Notes under the pieces: generated by a model | The model's input: the letters and a program-made list of their open reading frames with translations, nothing else | Database searches by the model: none | Told to the model about the DNA's origin: nothing | Part shown: piece after piece, positions 8,569 through 16,752 of the stretch | Position numbering within the stretch: the first letter of the stretch is position 1 | Layout: each line of letters opens with the position of its first letter | Assembly (NCBI RefSeq): GCF_024298765.1 | Contig: NZ_CP101210.1 | From: Escherichia coli | GTDB taxonomy: Bacteria; Pseudomonadota; Gammaproteobacteria; Enterobacterales; Enterobacteriaceae | Length of the DNA: 64,000 nucleotides | Strand: one strand, 5' to 3' | Translations under genes and position numbers: made by a program

Positions 8569-9609
8569 TTAGCCAATGCGAACGGTAACAAAACGATTGA
8601 TGCGGGCCGGTATTGGCTGTGGTGCTGAATGTGTCTGCACATATTCAATAGCCGGATCACCAGGCACAATATAGTTTTTCGGTGCAAGTTCGGCTTTAGT
8701 CAGCCCCATTCGGATTAGCTCCGGATCCTGAATACCGCCATAGGCGACAATCCCCTGAAGAGCCGTATTGCCAAGCACCATCAAATCAGGATCAAGGAAA
8801 TGTTTTTCAGTTCCGTCCTCGTCGGTATAACGCCCGCTGTATACAACAATCGCAACATCGCCCATATACCCTTTAAAACTCACCGAATCACCAAGGTCTT
8901 TAAGGGCCGTTTCCAGTTCGGAATTAGAGCCACGACGGGTATCCAGAGCCTCTTTTATCGCTCTGAATGAACGGTATTTCTTCCATACATTACCGCCCAT
9001 AATGATGATATTAGTGACGCCCTCACTAAATTCTGCGTAGCTCTCAATATCATCATTTGGATCAAAAGTTTCTTTATCCTTACCTGACCACTCAGCACCG
9101 CCAGACTGAGTGATGATATTTTGTGGTTTAATATTCCAGTCCAGCTCATAACGTTCAATACCATCGCCCTCAATGATATTTTTCCCCGTTGTGATTGCCT
9201 GAACGGCAAGCCATTCAATACGTGCACGAATAGATTTAGCCTGATTTACAATCGCCTGTTTAACTTTAATATTACGCGCTCCAAAAGCATTGTATTGCTC
9301 AGGTGATACACCAGCAGGGCGCACAGCTAACTTATTTGGATCAATGCTGCTTTTCGGCTTCATATAGCCTGGACGAATTGTTTTTGATTCGTACCCTTCG
9401 TCACGTGAAACTTTACTACCCACCATAGGAGAACAAAACGCTGCAATTGGGATATTTGGATCGTCGATTGTATCAAGAATAATATCGCGCGATTCAAACA
9501 TTACCGAGCGAGTAAAAAACAAACTGGTAAACAACGCATTTAGTTGTTTTTGTACATCTACAGCATTAACCACCTGTACAAGCTGGGTAGGCGAATATAA
9601 ATCAACCAT
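8569..9609 (-). CDS. major capsid protein, gpE family, divergent paralog of prophage E
   Basis: ORF 8569..9783; likely start MVDLYSPTQL... after AAGAGG RBS; conserved blocks TQSGGAEWSGKDKETFDPNDDIESYA and TRRGSNSELETALKDLG match gpE. Confidence 0.8.
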   Translation of the reverse strand: MVDLYSPTQLVQVVNAVDVQKQLNALFTSLFFTRSVMFESRDIILDTIDDPNIPIAAFCSPMVGSKVSRDEGYESKTIRPGYMKPKSSIDPNKLAVRPAGVSPEQYNAFGARNIKVKQAIVNQAKSIRARIEWLAVQAITTGKNIIEGDGIERYELDWNIKPQNIITQSGGAEWSGKDKETFDPNDDIESYAEFSEGVTNIIIMGGNVWKKYRSFRAIKEALDTRRGSNSELETALKDLGDSVSFKGYMGDVAIVVYSGRYTDEDGTEKHFLDPDLMVLGNTALQGIVAYGGIQDPELIRMGLTKAELAPKNYIVPGDPAIEYVQTHSAPQPIPARINRFVTVRIG

Positions 9610-9826
9610 ACGCATCCTCTTTGCATTCATTAAAAATAATTGTGGATATATGCTATCACCGATATTTGTCATGCGAATACATGCAACCGAGTGCAATGTT
9701 GTATAAAGTTTTGGGATAACAACTTCAGCGCGGATAATTAGTGTTAATATCTTAACTCCCTTTGGTCGGGATTTATGTAGCATGCCGGAAAATTTATTTT
9801 TTTCCGGCCTTTTTTATTGGCAATAT

Positions 9827-10276
9827 TTAAAACGGAATATCATCTCCCCATTGCTCATTATCTCCCACTGGTGGATGGCTTCCTTGCTGATCTGCCTGTT
9901 GTTTTGCTCTGTTCAGTGCGTCAGTAGCCTGACCCTGTTGACCTTTTTTGCCGCCCGGTCGCACCGTTCGCGCACTGATTACGCTGTCTGCGATAACCTG
10001 CCAGCCCTGCCGCGTTTCACCGTTCTGTCCAGTCCACTGGCTCACCTGCATATTACCCGCCACGCTCAGGAGTTCGCCTTTGTGATGCTTTGCCAGCGCG
10101 TCGGCTTGTCTGCCAAACGCCAGGACAGATAACCACATCGTCGCCGTTCCGTCATCTGCCTGGCTGCATGGCAAAGATACCGCCATCCGTGCCAGTGTCA
10201 TGGGTGTTCCCTTGCTGGTATGTTTTACCTGTGGGTCGTCCACCAGCCGCCCGTAAGCTGCTATTTGCGCCGTCAT
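9827..10276 (-). CDS. SSB-like single-stranded DNA-binding protein
   Basis: 149 aa; OB-fold-like N-terminus and C-terminal acidic tail ending DDIPF, the SSB hallmark. Confidence 0.6.
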   Translation of the reverse strand: MTAQIAAYGRLVDDPQVKHTSKGTPMTLARMAVSLPCSQADDGTATMWLSVLAFGRQADALAKHHKGELLSVAGNMQVSQWTGQNGETRQGWQVIADSVISARTVRPGGKKGQQGQATDALNRAKQQADQQGSHPPVGDNEQWGDDIPF

Positions 10277-10287
10277 GCTGCCTGCTC

Positions 10288-10530
10288 TCAGGACTTAATA
10301 TTGATGGTTGTCACTTCCTCCGCTTCGGCAATCTCCCGTTCGGTCAGCGTGGCAAAGTTTGCAGCCGCCGTTGTCATGAATGCGCTTATCAGTTCGGGAT
10401 GTGCTTTCGCGTATCCTTCCCCGGCGTTGCGGTCTATTGCCTTAATCGCCACCCTTAGCCAGTGTTCAGCCATATCAAGGGCGCGGTAATGTGGCTTTAT
10501 ATGTTTGTTCAGTTTTCCTGATGTGTGCAT
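10288..10530 (-). CDS. hypothetical protein
   Basis: 80-aa ORF downstream of the iteron region, same strand as the replication genes. Confidence 0.4.
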   Translation of the reverse strand: MHTSGKLNKHIKPHYRALDMAEHWLRVAIKAIDRNAGEGYAKAHPELISAFMTTAAANFATLTEREIAEAEEVTTINIKS

Positions 10531-10569
10531 TTTTATTTTTACCCCCTCGTTTAAAAAGTTTTTTGTGCA

Positions 10570-10805
10570 CCACCACCTTGTCTACCTTGTCTACCTGATT
10601 AGTTATCAGGCCAGTAATGGCGCGGGTTTCAGGGAGGTAGACAGCCCCAAATAGCTGTCTACCTCATCTCTACCCGTCTCCTTACCTGTCTACAAAAATG
10701 GGTAGATAAGGTAGATAACAGGTAGACAGTGAAAAATAGTTATCTACCTGCATTAATGCATTGAAATAAAAGTATTTTATTTCAGTCAGGTAGACAAGGT
10801 AGATA
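10570..10805. repeat. iteron array GGTAGAYA (11 or more copies, both orientations): candidate replication origin
   Basis: ttgtctaccttgtctacc, ggtagacag, ctgtctacc, ggtagataaggtagataacaggtagacag, ttatctacc, ggtagacaaggtagataa; immediately downstream of the primase-helicase gene. Confidence 0.75.
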
Positions 10806-10819
10806 ACCATTGCCATTTT

Positions 10820-12571
10820 TTATAAAAACGCATCGCAATCATCAGTAGTCGTTGCGTTGGTCTGCGTGACTCCCTTAACTTTTCGCGTAATATATTCATA
10901 TCCGTAAACTTTCGCCGCTGACCTCATAGCCTTTCCGAACTCATTCACGCTCAAACATTTCCCCTTTCCTGTATATGCCATGAAGGCCATATAGACACGG
11001 TAAAGGCTGTTTCTGGTCGTGTACTTCACGGTGTCACCACCACCGCCCATCATTAGCCCACGAGCTTCCTCCAGAAACTCCAGCGCCGCGCAAAGCTCAA
11101 CAACCGGATCCGTTTGCTGCTTTATTGCCAGAGCTTCATCACCGTCACGCTGTTCCAGTAATAAAGCCCGTGCCTTTTCAGGGTCAGCAAAATTAGCCAG
11201 CAAGCGGCGGATAATTACGGGGATTTCTGCCGCTATCTTTTCCGGTAATTCCTTGTCTTTTTCGTCCTCCCTTACAATGTTGTCGAACCGGAAAATCACC
11301 CGACGGCGTGACACACCTCCGGCCCGTTCGGTAAAGATCATCGGGTCGTTATTGGTTGCCAGTACCACCGCCCTTATTATCGTCGTGAATCGCTTCTCAT
11401 ATTTCGGGTTAATTTCAACGGGATCGCCTCCCGTGATTTTCTTGATGCCCGTGCCTTCCCCCGTATATTTCGGCTGATCGGCAAGGACGATAAGACGACT
11501 CCCGACAACCTGCGCACGCCCTCCTGCATCATCGAGTGATGTCATCTCTGCGCTTACGGTGTTCTGTTTGCCAGCAAGCAGGGTGGCAATATGGGTAAAT
11601 GTACTCTTACCGCTTCCCCCGTCTCCGGTGGCCTCAATGAACATCTGCCAGTCGTACCGGTTCGCCATAATCATGTACAGCGCGGCACATATACGCATCA
11701 TCTTGCGCGGGTCTTTTCCGGCTGCGTGCTCAAGCCATTTATGAAAGTTTGGCGCGTTATCGCGGATGTTCTCCCCTGGTGCTGGTGGCGTGTACTCAAT
11801 GCCGTTGTGCGTGGTGATCCAGTTCTCCGGCGTGTGCGGGGAAAATTCCCCCGTTTTCAGGTCAAGCGCACCATTGGCGAACGGCAGCAAATCGCCGGAC
11901 GGCTCGCCCATTGGTTCGGCAATAACTTTTAACGCTTCAACGGCGTTATTGATCACGCGTTTGCTGAAAGTGGCCCTGTGCTCTGAATAGATCGCCACCA
12001 TTTCGCGGCTCAGCTCCATTGTGCTGATCGGACACCATACCCCGCCGCGCCATACGTGAACGATTTCACTTTCCGGATGCACACAAACGCCATCAAAGCG
12101 CTCGGCAAGCAGCTGCGCGCGCTCACTGTCTGCCATCTGTGAAAGTTGCGCCTTTTGCTTCGTCGGAAGATTAAGCACCAGGCTTTCCCCACGCTCGCAT
12201 TCCTCTTTGAGTCGCGGCAACTGGTCGGATAAATCCACTGGGCTGATGTCAGTAATCCCCGCGTATTCGTGTACGGTCTTCACTCCAGCCACAGCCAGTA
12301 ACGTAACAATCTGCGTCATGCTGTGCTCTGTGATATGTCCTGCGCGGTAAACACGCACACACTGACGATCTTCATCAATGATCCGGTAATCGGTGATGTT
12401 TTTCAGTTGCTCATCAGCCAACACGACAGGCGGCACATCGTCGGCGGCAATATGTTTACCCGCCCATTCCTGCCACTCTTTCGCATGGCTCCACGCATCA
12501 CTACCTGCAAAGATGATTATCTCTGTCAGTCTGTCGCGTGGCTGTTTTTTTAAGTTCGGTGCCAGTTTCAT
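10820..12571 (-). CDS. primase-helicase (P4 alpha / D5-type replication protein)
   Basis: 583 aa; Walker A GDGGSGKST in the C-terminal half; domain layout as in satellite and plasmid primase-helicases. Confidence 0.75.
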   Translation of the reverse strand: MKLAPNLKKQPRDRLTEIIIFAGSDAWSHAKEWQEWAGKHIAADDVPPVVLADEQLKNITDYRIIDEDRQCVRVYRAGHITEHSMTQIVTLLAVAGVKTVHEYAGITDISPVDLSDQLPRLKEECERGESLVLNLPTKQKAQLSQMADSERAQLLAERFDGVCVHPESEIVHVWRGGVWCPISTMELSREMVAIYSEHRATFSKRVINNAVEALKVIAEPMGEPSGDLLPFANGALDLKTGEFSPHTPENWITTHNGIEYTPPAPGENIRDNAPNFHKWLEHAAGKDPRKMMRICAALYMIMANRYDWQMFIEATGDGGSGKSTFTHIATLLAGKQNTVSAEMTSLDDAGGRAQVVGSRLIVLADQPKYTGEGTGIKKITGGDPVEINPKYEKRFTTIIRAVVLATNNDPMIFTERAGGVSRRRVIFRFDNIVREDEKDKELPEKIAAEIPVIIRRLLANFADPEKARALLLEQRDGDEALAIKQQTDPVVELCAALEFLEEARGLMMGGGGDTVKYTTRNSLYRVYMAFMAYTGKGKCLSVNEFGKAMRSAAKVYGYEYITRKVKGVTQTNATTTDDCDAFL

Positions 12572-12867
12572 TTTTTGCCCCTGAATGCGTTAATCATGCT
12601 TTTCATTTTCTGGATGTTTCCCCGCGCTTTTTCCCTGCTGATGGGCTTACTGCGGGGTGCGGCATATACCAGGGAAAAATCACGCCGGAACTGATAAACA
12701 GGCATCACGCAGTCATAGCTATACCCCTCACGACGGTAAGTGATGCGCCGTTCTGCCACGCCTTTAATCGTTACCGTGCCGCCGTATTTATCGCGGTAAA
12801 TATCGCCGTTCATAAATTCAGGCCGAGCGGGGCCGCTGGCAATAAAGCCAGAATTTTTCATTTCCAT
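12568..12867 (-). CDS. hypothetical protein
   Basis: 99-aa ORF, abuts the primase-helicase start. Confidence 0.4.
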   Translation of the reverse strand: MEMKNSGFIASGPARPEFMNGDIYRDKYGGTVTIKGVAERRITYRREGYSYDCVMPVYQFRRDFSLVYAAPRSKPISREKARGNIQKMKSMINAFRGKK

Positions 12868-12884
12868 ATTATTTATTCCTCGAC

Positions 12885-13106
12885 TTAACTCGACTTATTT
12901 GATAGCTGGGCACTATTTATTGCGTCATTGAGTTTTTCTGCTGCTTCATCAATAAGTGACAACAGGCCATAAGCAATATTTGCATCTTCATTGTCATTTA
13001 TGCAATCAAGCCACATATTTAATATTGCTTTTGCTGAATTATTTAAAGTTAATGAACTTTCTGCACATGCTAACAATTTAAAAAAGACTTCCCGTTCTGT
13101 ATTCAT
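12885..13106 (-). CDS. hypothetical protein
   Basis: 73-aa ORF in a tightly packed small-gene operon. Confidence 0.4.
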   Translation of the reverse strand: MNTEREVFFKLLACAESSLTLNNSAKAILNMWLDCINDNEDANIAYGLLSLIDEAAEKLNDAINSAQLSNKSS

Positions 13107-13298
13107 TTAATCCCCCACCAGCTTACTTTCTTCCTCAATCAAAAAACTAGCGACACTTCCCGAAAGACGCGCCAGTAGGCTCGCCAGTGCGGATATATCA
13201 GCATCTGTAATTTTGTTCGGGTATACCTCAAGAAGGCGGCAAATAATTTCTGTCTGGTGCGCACGTTCAGCGGCTTCGTGTAATGTGATTTCCTGCAT
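13107..13298 (-). CDS. hypothetical protein
   Basis: 63-aa ORF; its stop abuts the next ORF. Confidence 0.4.
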   Translation of the reverse strand: MQEITLHEAAERAHQTEIICRLLEVYPNKITDADISALASLLARLSGSVASFLIEEESKLVGD

Positions 13299-13483
13299 TA
13301 ATGCACCTCTTTTAATTCATACACTGCTGAAATAATGACTTGTGATAAGCCATATTCTGATGATTCGCTTCTCACCGCAGCAATAGCCGTCTGAACATTA
13401 ACAGCCTTCACATTCTGAGCGATACCAATTGTGTGGCCTATTGGGTTAACAGCTCGGGCAAATACACGGAAGGTTTTAAGCAT
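13298..13483 (-). CDS. hypothetical protein
   Basis: 61-aa ORF, first gene of the leftward operon. Confidence 0.4.
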   Translation of the reverse strand: MLKTFRVFARAVNPIGHTIGIAQNVKAVNVQTAIAAVRSESSEYGLSQVIISAVYELKEVH

Positions 13484-13863
13484 GACTCACTCCCTGGCGG
13501 ATTTTTGCAGCGAATACAGCAACACAACCGGACGGGCAACGGCTACGCGCTTCGCGTTCCGTCCAGGCGGTTACGTGGATGATTTGAGATTCTCCGGCAC
13601 TCAGTGCCAGAAAACGCCACACAAAGGCCGTTTGTGTGTGTACAAGGTGTGGTATATGATTTACAGCAACCATAACGGCTCCTAGTTTACGTTGTTGGTT
13701 AGACGCCCCGTATGTGTTCCCAGCACTGCGGGGCGTTGCTCTTTGTATTTCAACAATCCTTTCGGTGTGTTTCATGTTATGAGCGCATGAAACACACGTC
13801 AAGGCTTTTTGTATTTCTTTTTTTGTGTATACTGAAACACACCGATGATTAGGAGTTTCAGAA

Positions 13864-14169
13864 ATGGCAACGGCTAACAAAAACGCAAAATCACAACTGA
13901 CAACTGTCAGAGTCCCACTAGATGTTATGCAAGGGATGGAATCCGTTAAGCTGGACGGTGAAAGCAATGCCGGATTTATCGTAACCGCCATGCGCGGTGA
14001 AATCGCCCGCCGCCAGGCAGAAGGAAGCGGAGAAAATCCCCTCGTGTCTTCACTGGATGCCTTAGCTAAGGTCGAACAAATCGGCATCAAGGCAGCGGAG
14101 GAAATCGGGCAACTCGTAGCCGTCGCTCGTGAAGAACTCCAGCGGCGTAAAGCCAAAGAATCTGAATAA
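13864..14169 (+). CDS. putative ribbon-helix-helix transcriptional regulator
   Basis: 101 aa; AGGAG RBS; TVRVPLDVMQGMESV...NAGFIVTAMRGEI fits a beta-strand plus two helices; divergent from the small-gene operon. Confidence 0.5.
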   Translation: MATANKNAKSQLTTVRVPLDVMQGMESVKLDGESNAGFIVTAMRGEIARRQAEGSGENPLVSSLDALAKVEQIGIKAAEEIGQLVAVAREELQRRKAKESE

Positions 14170-14519
14170 TTAGTATCAGCGCCGTGATGTGAGTAACTAC
14201 GGCGCATTGCTATGTAAATACTGGCAATAAACAGAAAAGGTAGTTCTACTCCGAATAATTTTATCTGACACTACTCCTGAACTAACATGCGCTTATCTTA
14301 CAGGATATAAATATAAATCCATAAAATCACGATTAAATAAAGTCGCTCCAAACATAAACCACACCCAACGCTTAACAAGATAGCAACAAACAGGTAAATA
14401 ACTTGCAGAAATATTTATCGCAAGGATTATCATTATTAATGACAAATCACTTTACCAAGTCATTCCCCTCTCTTATCATAAAGAGAAAGTAATAAATAAG
14501 TTAAGGGAGTTAGAATGCT

Positions 14520-15056
14520 ATGAATCTAAAAAAAATAGCCACAAACACAAAAAACAAGATAACAGAAACATTTAATAAACTTATATTAGAGGCATCTAAA
14601 ACCCCCACACAAGATGAAATTAAAATACTTGAGAGAAGGAGTAAGAAGTTTAATTACTCCTTTTTCTCATACGCAGTCACAGGAGCTATAATAGTTTTTT
14701 GCTCTCAACCATTAATTAAATACGCAAACCCAATACTTATTTTATTGAGTGGTCTGTTACTGTCTATCATCATTATCATTCTCAGAATGATTTATATTTC
14801 ACAAGCGAATGCATCATGGACAACCAAAAAACGCTCACATGTACTAGTTCATTTTCTTTCTGCATGTTTCATAGCATCAACATTGACGTTGCTATATCAG
14901 GCTTACGATAATAACATCACACACAAATTGTACTGTAAAAATATACAACAACTTATTGAAAAAAGGATAAAAACAGAAAAAAACATCAGCATATTCAGTG
15001 GGATGCAATGCACCCCGGTATATGATTACTCTTTATTTGGATTTAATCTCTTATAA
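14520..15056 (+). CDS. hypothetical membrane protein, AT-rich cargo
   Basis: 178 aa; three hydrophobic segments (AVTGAIIVFCSQPLI, ILILLSGLLLSIIIIIL, VLVHFLSACFIASTLTLL); GGGAG RBS; AT-rich. Confidence 0.55.
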   Translation: MNLKKIATNTKNKITETFNKLILEASKTPTQDEIKILERRSKKFNYSFFSYAVTGAIIVFCSQPLIKYANPILILLSGLLLSIIIIILRMIYISQANASWTTKKRSHVLVHFLSACFIASTLTLLYQAYDNNITHKLYCKNIQQLIEKRIKTEKNISIFSGMQCTPVYDYSLFGFNLL

Positions 15057-15067
15057 AGAATGTTATT

Positions 15068-15101
15068 ACTGATTTGAGTACAAATTCTCAAATCAGTAAT
15101 T
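15068..15101. terminator. perfect 13-bp inverted repeat hairpin between convergent genes
   Basis: ttactgatttgag-N8-ctcaaatcagtaa. Confidence 0.5.
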
Positions 15102-15125
15102 CATAATATTTTATTCTGAGATAAT

Positions 15126-15353
15126 TTAAACTACCCACTCACCTCGAATCCATGCCTGCACTTCTGAAAGACGATATGCAACAGCAGTGGAACCAATCTT
15201 GATCCGCTTAGGAAATTTTCCTTCCTTCTCCAGCTTCCAGCGTGTGCTGTTCGCAAGAGTGGTTAGCTCCCGACATTCTTTCTCACGGATCATTCGGTCA
15301 ATGTTAGGAATGTACTCCAGACCCTTTTTATCAACAATTGCCATTTTTTTCAT
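15126..15353 (-). CDS. alpA: AlpA-family regulator/excisionase-like protein
   Basis: ORF 15126..15362; ...LTTLANSTRWKLEKEGKFPKRIKIGSTAVAYRLSEVQAWI typical of AlpA; directly follows int. Confidence 0.65.
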   Translation of the reverse strand: MKKMAIVDKKGLEYIPNIDRMIREKECRELTTLANSTRWKLEKEGKFPKRIKIGSTAVAYRLSEVQAWIRGEWVV

Positions 15354-15354
15354 G

Positions 15355-16590
15355 TTAACCAACCTTTTGTTTGAGGATTGTCACTTTTGAATCAGCACCT
15401 GCGATGCTATTGAGATATGTAGTCCAGAGTTCCAGAGCATCCAGTTTTTTAGCCATAAACTTACTCCGGTTGTAAACACCTGCCACGCCAGGTAGCGCAT
15501 GGCCTAACAGTTGTTCTACTACATAAAATTCAACACCGAGATCACTTAGATGAGTAGATAGCGTTCTTCTAAGGTCGTGTAGTGACCATTGTTTTTCATG
15601 GCCCAAACGTTTACCGATTTTCCCCCCAATCTTGCTTACGCTTTCTCTAATTCGCAGACTTCCCAGCACATAACCAGTATGTTTTGTCTCTTCGTGAACA
15701 TCCGTTACCCACTGTCGTAGAATTTCAGGTACTGGTCTGACGATTTCAACACCAGTTTTTGAGTGATCTTTTGGTACAGTCCAAACCCAACTTTCGAGAT
15801 CCCATTCGCTCCATTCTGATAATCGGGCTTCACTCATTCGACATCCAAATACTGTACAAAGCACAAACATTTTTCGCGTGTATTCAGACATTAGTTTTAA
15901 ATCAGGCTCGACAAAAATTGCCTTCCAGAGCTGGCCGAGTTCGGCTTCATCCAGAACCCGATCCCGCTTACCTGCAATCTGCCCCACATCACTCATGCGC
16001 AAATCCTTTAAAGCATCACACGTCGCGTACTGGCGTACCCGACAAAAACGAAGAGCTAATTTAGTGTCAGAAAAAACATACGCCGCCATAACTGGTGCAT
16101 TACGTTTAATTCGGTCAAAACAGTCCAGCCATTCATATAGGTGAGTGTCATTTACGGGCAAATGACCGATATAGGGAAAGATATGCTTTCGAAATCTGCC
16201 AAGCGTTACAGCATGAGTTTTACGACGCACCTTACAGTAATTTTCATACCAGTAATTTAGTGCATCCTCCACTGTAACTGGCTTTAAGCGTTCTTCAGCC
16301 TGAATCTTAATCTGGATACGCGGATCACGTTTGTCAGCCAACCAACCACGGCACTCGTCGCGCTTTTCCCTTGCCTGTTTGAGTGACATATCAGGATATT
16401 TACCCAACGTTAGCCAGACCGGAGCAGCCCGGCCACCTGCTAACCTGTAGAAGAAAACAAAGCTCACAGCCCCTTTAGTACTCACACGAATAGAAAGCCC
16501 CTTTCCATCAGCAATGGTGATCTGCTTTTCTCTGGGTTTCCCCAGATATCCTTTAAGCGCTTTGTCGCTCAGTTTGTTCTCGCCAGCCAT
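15355..16590 (-). CDS. int: tyrosine integrase, P4-like
   Basis: ORF 15355..16641; probable start MAGENKLSDKALKG...; C-terminal catalytic region with HDLRRT and GH motifs. Confidence 0.85.
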   Translation of the reverse strand: MAGENKLSDKALKGYLGKPREKQITIADGKGLSIRVSTKGAVSFVFFYRLAGGRAAPVWLTLGKYPDMSLKQAREKRDECRGWLADKRDPRIQIKIQAEERLKPVTVEDALNYWYENYCKVRRKTHAVTLGRFRKHIFPYIGHLPVNDTHLYEWLDCFDRIKRNAPVMAAYVFSDTKLALRFCRVRQYATCDALKDLRMSDVGQIAGKRDRVLDEAELGQLWKAIFVEPDLKLMSEYTRKMFVLCTVFGCRMSEARLSEWSEWDLESWVWTVPKDHSKTGVEIVRPVPEILRQWVTDVHEETKHTGYVLGSLRIRESVSKIGGKIGKRLGHEKQWSLHDLRRTLSTHLSDLGVEFYVVEQLLGHALPGVAGVYNRSKFMAKKLDALELWTTYLNSIAGADSKVTILKQKVG

Positions 16591-16605
16591 TTTTAGCCCC
16601 AAAAA

Positions 16606-16640
16606 GCAATACAAGCTGCAATACAGAGATGATTGCAACA
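16606..16640. repeat. GCAATACA repeats near right end (candidate arm-type integrase sites)
   Basis: aagcaatacaagctgcaatacagagatgattgcaacaca between int start and the right junction. Confidence 0.45.
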
Positions 16641-16752
16641 CACAGATAACGAGGAAAATTCAGTGAAAGCACCAGATAAACTTATTCTTTATTATCAAAA
16701 GATTAAGTGTAAAAACCAGCAACTACACGAAAGCCTCAGAAAGCCATGCTAA

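Noticed and set aside
10570-10805. Possible CRISPR array because of the clustered short repeats
   Set aside because: Repeats are only 8-9 bp, occur in both orientations, have irregular spacing and no uniform spacers; the pattern and its position beside a primase-helicase fit replication-origin iterons.
13476-14207. 243-aa minus-strand ORF overlapping the RHH regulator gene and the divergent intergenic region
   Set aside because: Low-complexity Ser/Ala/Arg-rich translation with no RBS; it spans what looks like a promoter/operator region and runs antisense to a well-formed gene with a good RBS.
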